Source: a virus (lineage: Duplodnaviria > Caudoviricetes). From it: a stretch of 35,236 nt of DNA. Location of the stretch: IMG/VR virus record IMGVR_UViG_3300025128_004839, positions 1 through 35,236 of that record; one strand, 5' to 3'. The translations under genes were made by a program, and so were the position numbers. Positions within the stretch are counted from its first letter, which is position 1; every line of letters starts with the position of its first letter. Of the stretch, positions 27,110 through 33,764 are shown piece by piece. The notes under the pieces are model-generated. The model searched no databases. It was not told where the DNA came from and saw nothing but the letters and a program-made list of their open reading frames with translations.

Positions 27110-27190
27110 TGGTGGAGGTGGAGGGATTCGAACCCTCGTCCTAATAGTTCCCGTGTAGGGTCTTACTAGTCGAACAACCGAAACACCCCC
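27110..27190 (-). ncRNA. Mini-tmRNA: tRNA-like domain only (81 nt)
   Basis: GGGGGTG/CACCTCC-A-CCA acceptor with G3:U70, stemless D-loop ending TTCGA, capped helix 2, GAC linker, GAGGG-TTCGAAT-CCCTC T-arm. Confidence 0.8.
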
Positions 27191-27271
27191 GAAAGGAGAG
27201 CTTGCTTCCCGTGGTTAGCTCACCCACGCTTTCTTTATAGTGGGGAAGGGGCTACCTCCCCCACTCGGACC

Positions 27272-27496
27272 TTACAGCCCTTGGGTTGCCTTATGGGCAG
27301 CCGTAGCCCCCACATGGCGACCTTCGGACCACTCCCGAGGGAGCGCACGACGAAGGCTCTTGTAAGCCTCCAGCGCGTGGTCACATGCTTCCTGAGAAGC
27401 AGTGCCGTCCTTGTAGAGGTCAGCGAAAAGCTCACCGACCTGAATGCTAAGGCCCTGAATCTTGGCCTCAGTCTTGTTTGTGGCGAAATCGCCCAT
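27272..27496 (-). CDS. Hypothetical protein (74 aa), probably co-transcribed with the RNA genes
   Basis: AAGGAG Shine-Dalgarno before MGDFATNK, promoter at 27563-27591. Confidence 0.75.
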   Translation of the reverse strand: MGDFATNKTEAKIQGLSIQVGELFADLYKDGTASQEACDHALEAYKSLRRALPREWSEGRHVGATAAHKATQGL

Positions 27497-27608
27497 AGTA
27501 GTCTCCTTTGCAAAGAGGTTAGAAGTTGAGGGAGTTGAACCCGTCCCTCGTTCGGGTGTATCATTATACCATACTGAGGTCAGCTTGTCAAGCATGGTCT
27601 TCCAAATA

Positions 27609-27851
27609 TTATTCATAGGACTCATCCATTCCGAAGCCAGCAGAAGCGAGAGCGGACTCATCGTCCCAATCCTCACGCGGCTCATCGTCCACATCCCAAC
27701 CCTCATAGAAGGTGTTGAGGTACTTGATAGCTTCCGCGTCCACATCAGGAGCGGGGAGCCCGTTTTCGTGGAGGTAAGACAGAACGCCGTAGAGGTGGTG
27801 AGCAAACTTGCCATCGGACAGGTCCATGACGATATCGAAGGGGTTATTCAT
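27609..27851 (-). CDS. Acidic hypothetical protein
   Basis: Leaderless, C-terminal DDESALASAGFGMDESYE. Confidence 0.8.
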   Translation of the reverse strand: MNNPFDIVMDLSDGKFAHHLYGVLSYLHENGLPAPDVDAEAIKYLNTFYEGWDVDDEPREDWDDESALASAGFGMDESYE

Positions 27852-27896
27852 GCGTGTATTATACCAAAGGTTAGAGGGAATGTCAAGCGTTAGCTC

Positions 27897-27971
27897 TTAA
27901 TTTTTCGGAGGTTTTATTCCGAAGAGGGCTGCGTGACGCACCCAAAAGGAGTAGTTTTTGATTGCTTTCAT
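27897..27971 (-). CDS. Micro-protein (24 aa)
   Basis: TATAAT-N6-ATG, MKAIKNYSFWVRHAALFGIKPPKN. Confidence 0.55.
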   Translation of the reverse strand: MKAIKNYSFWVRHAALFGIKPPKN

Positions 27972-28030
27972 GCCCCTATTATACCACGGTTTTAGCCCAT
28001 TGCAAGAAATACTTTGAGAAAACTTTCTGT

Positions 28031-28093
28031 CGTAAGGTGCTGTGAACACAGGACTTAGGGCCTCGCGCCCCGGCCCCAAAAAATTTTTGCAAG
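28031..28093. repeat. Palindromic element, copy 2
   Basis: TAAG-N17-CTTA starting 28033 plus the GC and A tracts. Confidence 0.9.
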
Positions 28094-28241
28094 CACAAAA
28101 GAGAGAAAAGGTGGGGAGAGTGTTACTGCTTTCCAAGTGGCCGAAGCCAAGCGTTGAGCGGATCGAACACCCTCCCCTAAAAGGTGAGGAGGATCAGTAG
28201 GCTTCGCGTGTCACCTACTGCCTCCCCCCTTCCCAGTGGGC

Positions 28242-28430
28242 CTAGCCCTTGGGGATGTAAGCGTTCAAGCCTACCGTGACGGGCTTACCGTCAACCATCG
28301 CCGTCGTGGAGATGTTGCCACCGCTTGAAGCGACCAGCATCGTCTTACCAGACTTGGACGGGCGAAGAGACACAGGGGCCTCGATTACCAGCGTTGATAC
28401 GCCGTTCGTTTCCTTGATTGAAACATTCAT
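28242..28430 (-). CDS. Small conserved hypothetical protein
   Basis: GAGGT Shine-Dalgarno, PSKSGKTMLVASSGGN..GLNAY. Confidence 0.75.
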   Translation of the reverse strand: MNVSIKETNGVSTLVIEAPVSLRPSKSGKTMLVASSGGNISTTAMVDGKPVTVGLNAYIPKG

Positions 28431-28469
28431 AAAATTACCTCGTAGAGAGAGAAAGGGAAAAGGGGAAAA

Positions 28470-28784
28470 TTAAGCCGACCACTCATCGTGGAGGTCAGCG
28501 TTTACGCAGATATCGCGTTCGATACCCAAGCCAAGCGGGACTTGGATCGACTCAAGCTGCGAGAGGGAGACGTATCCCCACTCAGGCGAACCAAAGCCGA
28601 GATCACACAGGCCGAAGAGGAGCCAGTCCCCGTCTACCTGCTCGGAGCCTTCCACGATCTGCCAACTCTGGGCACCCATGGGGTTGAAGAATCGGACCAC
28701 GATCTTCTTCTCGTCGCAAGGGGTGTCCTCGGTGGAGTAGAGAGCGGGAAGGGCGTTCTTGATCTTTTCAGTGAGTAGTTGCAT
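28470..28784 (-). CDS. DUF2958 family protein
   Basis: LPALYS, VVRFFNP, LFGLCDLGFGSPEWGYVSLSQL, GLGIERD. Confidence 0.85.
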   Translation of the reverse strand: MQLLTEKIKNALPALYSTEDTPCDEKKIVVRFFNPMGAQSWQIVEGSEQVDGDWLLFGLCDLGFGSPEWGYVSLSQLESIQVPLGLGIERDICVNADLHDEWSA

Positions 28785-28815
28785 GTGAGTATTATACCAT
28801 GAAAGGAGGTAGATG

Positions 28816-29238
28816 TCAAGCCTTGAAGGCGCGAATTCCGTCAGGGACGGCAGAAAGGTTCTCGTCGCAATCGTCGAAGAAATAGGTTCGGTGAGTCTCC
28901 TTCAGCATAGACAGGATCTCAGCCTTGTATGCAGGGATCTCGAATCCACGATCACCAACGCAAAAGACATACTCTGCATCAATACCGTAACGCTCCAAGA
29001 GAGTGCGGATAGCGCGGTAGACGATGGAGTTCCTAGCCGTGAGGACATACACACGGTGGCCTTCTTGTTGCACAGTAATAGCGAACTGGACGAGGGACCG
29101 AGGCTTAGACTCCTTGAGGAGCTTATCGGTGTCTGCAAATTCGACATAGCGAGCGTGGCCCTTGGCTGACTCGATTTCTTGTGCAGTAGTCTCGAACAGG
29201 GTTCCGTCGAGATCAAATACGAAGGCTTTCTTTTTCAT
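28816..29238 (-). CDS. HAD-superfamily phosphatase
   Basis: FDLDGTL, LTAR, K, FFDD motifs, leaderless start MKKKAF. Confidence 0.85.
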   Translation of the reverse strand: MKKKAFVFDLDGTLFETTAQEIESAKGHARYVEFADTDKLLKESKPRSLVQFAITVQQEGHRVYVLTARNSIVYRAIRTLLERYGIDAEYVFCVGDRGFEIPAYKAEILSMLKETHRTYFFDDCDENLSAVPDGIRAFKA

Positions 29239-29269
29239 GCGTGTATTATACCAAAGACAGGGGAGGATG

Positions 29270-29392
29270 TCAAGAGATTTTGACGGTTTTTCCTCCGCTG
29301 TTGATCCACCAGTGATACCACTGGGCATTGGTCCAGTAGGCAGAGCAGACAGGGGGGACGGGGAAGATTGCGTTATCGGGGAGAGTGTTCAT
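29270..29392 (-). CDS. Small Trp-rich protein (40 aa, not in the ORF track)
   Basis: TATAAT-N6-ATG, MNTLPDNAIFPVPPVCSAYWTNAQWYHWWINSGGKTVKIS. Confidence 0.65.
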   Translation of the reverse strand: MNTLPDNAIFPVPPVCSAYWTNAQWYHWWINSGGKTVKIS

Positions 29393-29452
29393 GCATATAT
29401 TATACCACAGAATCCGAGAATGTCAAGCGTTAGCTTTAAAAAAACTGAGTGT

Positions 29453-29511
29453 CCTAAGTGCTTGTCAACACAGGACTTAGGGGGCTTCGCCCCGGCCCGA
29501 AATAAAAAAAA
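29453..29511. repeat. Palindromic element, copy 3
   Basis: CCTAAGT-N15-ACTTAGG, TAAG at 29455. Confidence 0.9.
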
Positions 29512-29545
29512 TGCCCCAAGTGCCTACACACAAAGCACTTGGGGC
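29500..29545 (-). terminator. Terminator
   Basis: GCCCCAAGTGC/GCACTTGGGGC 11-bp stem plus T-tract on the - strand. Confidence 0.75.
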
Positions 29546-29558
29546 GATCCGCTAATTT

Positions 29559-29876
29559 CTAGCGGAGAAAAGCCTTGACAGGGGCCGAAGAATCGACATC
29601 AATACCCATCGAAGAACACCACTCCTTATATTCTTCGGACATCCTGCCAAGGTCATATGTTGTATTGTACGTTTCTACTGTGCGACCAGCAGAGGCACGA
29701 ACGGGCGAGGTGGTGACTACCTCACCGTCACCAAACTGGGGATGATTGTATACCTTCCCCGTCAACCGCATTTCCCTAAGTTCGGGAGCTTGGTATGGAT
29801 TAGCTTCCCCGACAATAGCCCACTCTTCAATGCGCGGCGTAAGTTCGTAACAAGCGAAGTAGTCACCGTGATCCAT
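29559..29876 (-). CDS. Conserved phage hypothetical protein
   Basis: NPYQAPE..GKVYNHPQFGDG..TTS, TAATG-coupled start. Confidence 0.75.
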   Translation of the reverse strand: MDHGDYFACYELTPRIEEWAIVGEANPYQAPELREMRLTGKVYNHPQFGDGEVVTTSPVRASAGRTVETYNTTYDLGRMSEEYKEWCSSMGIDVDSSAPVKAFLR

Positions 29877-30187
29877 TAGGCTTCTGCCTCCTTCTTGGCG
29901 TTTTCCTTGCGCCAAGCGTCATTCTCAGCAGCCTTTACCTTTTGCTCCTCACGGGCAAGGACAAGAGCCTTATCGAGGACGTTCTTTAGCTCAACAATGC
30001 GAGCCTCGACATCAGGGCAGAAGAATGTCAACTCTTCCTCGGTCTGATAACCTTTGTCTGAGCCATCCCAAGAGTATTCAAGGATGCCAGCTTTCAGAGT
30101 GAACCATCCGTCCTTCTCTTCTGGGTTCCAAGCGTTCTTAGAGACTGAGGCTTCAAACTTGCCTACGTTGTGCATATCAACTTTCAT
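29876..30187 (-). CDS. Hypothetical protein
   Basis: ORF in the operon. Confidence 0.75.
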   Translation of the reverse strand: MKVDMHNVGKFEASVSKNAWNPEEKDGWFTLKAGILEYSWDGSDKGYQTEEELTFFCPDVEARIVELKNVLDKALVLAREEQKVKAAENDAWRKENAKKEAEA

Positions 30188-30189
30188 AA

Positions 30190-30435
30190 TTAGCCTTCCA
30201 TTTCGTTAGCGTAATCGGTGTAGAAATCATCGAACGCATCACGCTCGGTGTATTCTGGTTCTAGTTCTTCTGCAAGCTCACGCTCGCACTCTTCTTGCCA
30301 AAGCTCGGCAAGGAGTTCTTTGAGTTCATCATCTTCGACGATCTCCTCTTGATGGCCTTGGGCCTCAAGGAGTTCGGCTTCTTGATGGGCGAGGTACTCG
30401 TCGTGCTGGTCGGCACTTGTTTCGATGTCTTTCAT
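30190..30435 (-). CDS. Extremely acidic small protein (81 aa)
   Basis: Leaderless start MKDIETS, very E/D-rich. Confidence 0.75.
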   Translation of the reverse strand: MKDIETSADQHDEYLAHQEAELLEAQGHQEEIVEDDELKELLAELWQEECERELAEELEPEYTERDAFDDFYTDYANEMEG

Positions 30436-30478
30436 GGGTTCCATTATATCAGGTGTTTGGGTGAATGTCAAGGGGTTA

Positions 30479-30676
30479 CTAGCCAAAAATTTCATCTTGG
30501 CAGGACTGGCACATACCAGAGATCTGGTATTCCTTCTCGGAAACCTCATCCTTGAAGGACTTCGCAACACCATCACAGGTGGTGCATAACGCCTCAAGAA
30601 CCATTTGGGGACGGCTCTTGCCAGTGATGGAGGTGAGTAGGGACTCGATTTCGTGGTGTTTCTGAGTAGCTTTCAT
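30479..30676 (-). CDS. Small zinc-finger protein (65 aa)
   Basis: CTTC...EYQISGMCQSCQD, leaderless start MKATQK. Confidence 0.8.
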   Translation of the reverse strand: MKATQKHHEIESLLTSITGKSRPQMVLEALCTTCDGVAKSFKDEVSEKEYQISGMCQSCQDEIFG

Positions 30677-30875
30677 GTGTGTATTATACCAGATGTTTAG
30701 GGGTTTGTCAAGGGGAAGGGGAAGTTTTTTTTCAGTGTCCAGTGGGGTTTCGCCTTTCGGCGGTAGGACATCCCGTGTCTCACGGGCCATCTCTCGCGTG
30801 TGTCATGCCCCTATTATACCACATTTTTCGCCTTTGTCAAGTGTTGGGTCTTGGTTTTTTTCTTTTTCTTATCGT

Positions 30876-30937
30876 CGTAAGTACCTGTCAACAAAGGACT
30901 TAGGGGCTTGCGTCCGGCGCGAAAAAAAATTTGCAAG
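30876..30937. repeat. Palindromic element, copy 4
   Basis: TAAG-N17-CTTA starting 30878. Confidence 0.9.
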
Positions 30938-30940
30938 AAC

Positions 30941-30976
30941 AAAATAAAAAAAGCGTGACCCCTAGGGAGACCACGC
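30941..30976 (-). terminator. Terminator
   Basis: GCGTGG...TCACGC stem followed by T7-A-T4. Confidence 0.75.
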
Positions 30977-31032
30977 CAGTAATATACTGCCCTAGCAGGT
31001 TGTGGATATGACCCCCACAACAGGGCAAAAGA

Positions 31033-31255
31033 GGAAGGCAACGAACAGTGGGACTTACTTTATTACCCACACCCAGCGGCTAATTCTTAGGCATTAGCAG
31101 CGTATTTAACTGTAGTTCTTTTTCACTAGGCGACCCGCACAAAGGCTTCTCTGGCACTAGCCCGTCTTTCTACCCGTGTGCAGTTCGAGGCCCCTTCCAG
31201 TTACCGAAGGGATTACCTGATGCTCTGCCGAGGTTTCGAACCCTCGACACCTTCC
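31033..31255 (-). ncRNA. Putative 223-nt structured RNA
   Basis: Closing helix GGAAGGTG/TGCCTTCC around about six hairpins, no ORF of 60 aa or more on this strand. Confidence 0.6.
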
Positions 31256-31262
31256 AAATTTT

Positions 31263-31356
31263 CAATCCCCCCAAGGGTGAGGTCTAAGCAATCGCTCGCC
31301 TTCTTCCCTTGGGGACGCTCTGGGCCTACATGCTATTTATACTCGCCCAGTCGAGT
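31263..31356 (-). ncRNA. Pistol-like self-cleaving ribozyme
   Basis: ACTCG-ACTGGG-CGAGT (P1), ATAAATAG, GTAG, GCCCAG pseudoknot, AGCG, P3 TCCCCAAGGG/CCCTTGGGGG. P2 is imperfect. Confidence 0.6.
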
Positions 31357-31362
31357 CGGGAA

Positions 31363-31593
31363 CTACTTACCCATGTAGCGGTGGTTCACACCGTTACGGG
31401 TCACGAACTGCCGAGAGTTCATGTAGTGGCGGTTCCACGCCTTCTTGCAAGCGTTGAGCGAACCCGTGTAGGTGTTGCTCTGGCTTTGCAGGTCAAAGAT
31501 GGTATAGACCGCGCTGGACGCGCAACCGTTACCCACCCGAATCATAACAGCGTTCTGGTTCGAACGCACGACGTTGGTGATGCTAGAAAGCAT
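31363..31593 (-). CDS. Hypothetical protein
   Basis: AGGAG Shine-Dalgarno, promoter at 31642-31670. Confidence 0.7.
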   Translation of the reverse strand: MLSSITNVVRSNQNAVMIRVGNGCASSAVYTIFDLQSQSNTYTGSLNACKKAWNRHYMNSRQFVTRNGVNHRYMGK

Positions 31594-31666
31594 AGTTTAA
31601 ATCTCCTATAGGAAGAAAGGGGTTAGTGAATTGGAGAGGACATTATACCATGCCCTCTCCAGTTTG

Positions 31667-32038
31667 TCAAGCCTCTACCGACAATTCGTCAGAGGATTCC
31701 ACGAGGCCGTTGATGACCTGAGCCATCTGCACCTCGATCTCAGTCTTCCGCAGTTCAGCGGTTGACAGCGTAGCCTCAGCGTCAAGGCGTTCGGCTTCGA
31801 TCTTCTCGATCCAAGCGTCATGCTTTGCCACACGGGCGTTGAAGGACTGGGGACCGTCCCCTAGACCTTTCTTTGCTTCACGGATATCCTTCCGCAGAGC
31901 ATCAAGCTCCTCAACAAGAGGGGCTACGGCAGGGTTGCTCATGGCATCCTGCTTCGCTTGCTTCACCTTGAGGCGAGAGAGCTTTGCCTCTGTCTCAGCG
32001 ATGATTTCAGCGGGTGTGCGTTGCTTACGCTCACTCAT
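31667..32038 (-). CDS. Coiled-coil hypothetical protein
   Basis: AGGAG Shine-Dalgarno, promoter at 32100-32128. Confidence 0.8.
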   Translation of the reverse strand: MSERKQRTPAEIIAETEAKLSRLKVKQAKQDAMSNPAVAPLVEELDALRKDIREAKKGLGDGPQSFNARVAKHDAWIEKIEAERLDAEATLSTAELRKTEIEVQMAQVINGLVESSDELSVEA

Positions 32039-32124
32039 GGTTAGTATCTCCTAAAAGATGGAAAAGGTAGTGAGGGACTGTCCCTCGTAATGTCCTCCCA
32101 TTATACCATGGAAGGGGGAGTTTG

Positions 32125-32244
32125 TCAAGCCTTCTTTGTCAGAAGATCTTGGAAATCGCCACAACCTTGGGCGAAGTCCTCTGCGGCTTGCAGAGAGGTG
32201 AAAGTGACAGGAGCAGAGTGGTAACGAACTACGATGAACTTCAT
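32125..32244 (-). CDS. Small protein (39 aa, not in the ORF track)
   Basis: TATAAT-N6-ATG, MKFIVVRYHSAPVTFTSLQAAEDFAQGCGDFQDLLTKKA. Confidence 0.65.
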   Translation of the reverse strand: MKFIVVRYHSAPVTFTSLQAAEDFAQGCGDFQDLLTKKA

Positions 32245-32283
32245 GGGTGTATTATACCAAAAAGGTAGGGGGATGTCAAGGGG

Positions 32284-32418
32284 TTAGTCTGCAAAATCGA
32301 GAGCAATTTCAGCAGCGCAGGACTTGCAGATGATGGATGCGCCCCAGTCATCGCTCACCTCATTGGTTGCGGTGACCTGACCACAGGCATCACACAGTAG
32401 CATCTCTTCCTTGTTCAT
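32284..32418 (-). CDS. Zinc-ribbon micro-protein (44 aa, not in the ORF track)
   Basis: TATAAT-N6-ATG, CDAC...CKSC. Confidence 0.7.
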   Translation of the reverse strand: MNKEEMLLCDACGQVTATNEVSDDWGASIICKSCAAEIALDFAD

Positions 32419-32478
32419 GGGTGTATTATATCACAAAAAAAGTAGGCTGTCAAGGGGGTGGAGTGATTTATTTTCTGA

Positions 32479-32542
32479 CGTAAGTGCTTGTCAACACAGG
32501 ACTTAGGGCATTTCGCCCCGGCCCTTCCCAAAATTTTTCAAG
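32479..32542. repeat. Palindromic element, copy 5
   Basis: TAAG-N17-CTTA starting 32481. Confidence 0.9.
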
Positions 32543-32544
32543 CC

Positions 32545-32703
32545 CTAATCTTCTAAATCCATAATAGTCTGCATGAATTTCCAGATGGTAGGGTAGAGCT
32601 TTTTGAACTCATCCGCAGCTTGATCATTCATCCATGCAACGCCATGCTCCCAGTCAGTCTGGATAGCGTCAGACAGTAGCTCTTGAATCTCTTCAATGCT
32701 CAT
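32545..32703 (-). CDS. Small acidic protein (52 aa, not in the ORF track)
   Basis: ATGA-coupled, MSIEEIQELLSDAIQTDWEHGVAWMND... Confidence 0.65.
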   Translation of the reverse strand: MSIEEIQELLSDAIQTDWEHGVAWMNDQAADEFKKLYPTIWKFMQTIMDLED

Positions 32704-32906
32704 CGGTGAAGACGCTTCATCATTTCCTTAGACTTGGCTTCGAAAGCCTCTTGCCATTCTCCACCCATGGAGATAGCGAAGTTCTTAAGGGTTTGGATCT
32801 GGTCACGACCAGCGTTGTAGGAGCGACTGTCATCGCTCATCATGTAGAACCAATCGGCATAACCGAGTTGGGTGGTGAATTCTTCAAATGTCATTTTTTC
32901 TTTCAT
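32700..32906 (-). CDS. Hypothetical protein
   Basis: Leaderless, DWFYMMSDD.RSYNAG motif. Confidence 0.8.
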   Translation of the reverse strand: MKEKMTFEEFTTQLGYADWFYMMSDDSRSYNAGRDQIQTLKNFAISMGGEWQEAFEAKSKEMMKRLHR

Positions 32907-32943
32907 GTGTATATTATACCAAGTGTTTAGGGGGTTGTCAAGC

Positions 32944-33276
32944 CTAGTCGCAGTAAAATTTCAAATCTTTGTGATCGAAATCATCACGGCCCATCTTCTG
33001 GATCAAAGCCTCCACGACATCGGGGGACTGCCAGCCAGCCACCTGATCCATAGACGTAAGCGGGAGGAAGTTATCATCCTCATCCAACACCGCAACCTCG
33101 TAGGTCGTGGGGAAGTGGTGCGATCCCTCAGGACCAAATCGCTCACCGACCATCCAAGAGGCGTAGTGACCAGCACCAAAGCCGACCGACAGCTTGTAGC
33201 CGTGGTGGGAAAAGGTGAACTGCTTCAGACCAGCGCGAGGGGAGGTGACAGTGATGGTGTTCTCTTTCGTCTTCAT
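32944..33276 (-). CDS. Hypothetical protein
   Basis: Leaderless, GYKLSV..GHY..YEVAV..DQVAGWQS. Confidence 0.8.
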   Translation of the reverse strand: MKTKENTITVTSPRAGLKQFTFSHHGYKLSVGFGAGHYASWMVGERFGPEGSHHFPTTYEVAVLDEDDNFLPLTSMDQVAGWQSPDVVEALIQKMGRDDFDHKDLKFYCD

Positions 33277-33318
33277 GTGTATATTATACCAGAGTTTTGG
33301 GAAATGTCAAGTGCTTTC

Positions 33319-33453
33319 TTAGAAAAAATCAGGAACGCACTGAAGGTAACTGCCAAGGCGAGCAAACAGGATGCCAGCCTCACGGACTACCGCGCCCACA
33401 AAATCGTTGAAGAGGAGGACGAGTGCTATGATTGTGATGTTCTTTGCTTTCAT
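33319..33453 (-). CDS. Small hydrophobic protein (44 aa, not in the ORF track)
   Basis: TATAAT-N6-ATG, MKAKNITIIALVLLFNDFVG... Confidence 0.65.
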   Translation of the reverse strand: MKAKNITIIALVLLFNDFVGAVVREAGILFARLGSYLQCVPDFF

Positions 33454-33624
33454 GTGTGTATTATACCAGAGTTTTGGAGAATGTCAAGGGGAAAAAGCTT
33501 TTTCTGATACGACATTGTTCCGCGTCAGGCAGAGGCTTTGTTCCCCTCGTCTTGTGCGTCTATTATACCACAATCTCAGCCAATGTCAAGCCTTGGGCCT
33601 GTGTTTTTTTGAGTTTTTTTGTGA

Positions 33625-33675
33625 CGTAAGCCCCTGTCAATAAAGGACTTAAGGGCTTCGCCCCGGCCCTTTTTC
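33625..33675. repeat. Palindromic element, copy 6
   Basis: TAAG-N17-CTTA starting 33627. Confidence 0.9.
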
Positions 33676-33764
33676 AAAAAATCCACATAAAAATGCAGAG
33701 AATCCAAATACAGAGAAAATAAATCACCACGCAGGACATGACCCCACGGAAGAAATCAAGTCCA

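Noticed and set aside
27110-27190. Ordinary tRNA-Ala or permuted two-piece tmRNA
   Set aside because: It has no D-stem and no 7-nt anticodon loop, and the 5' and 3' acceptor strands are in normal order within one 81-nt unit
19665-30790. Long N-terminal extensions in the ORF track (19665, 20125, 21931, 27814, 28136, 29328, 30597, 30790)
   Set aside because: They run across promoters or other genes, and downstream ATGs fit the leaderless or Shine-Dalgarno pattern
31215-31250. Hammerhead ribozyme (CTGATG on +) or a tRNA (TTCGAA loop on -)
   Set aside because: The CUGANGA core is incomplete, and there is no acceptor stem or CCA around the T-loop-like hairpin
26893-33641. TTGACA inside the palindromic element as a promoter -35 box
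   Set aside because: No TATAAT lies 16-18 nt downstream in the copies I checked, and copies 2 and 7 have TTCACA and TTTACA
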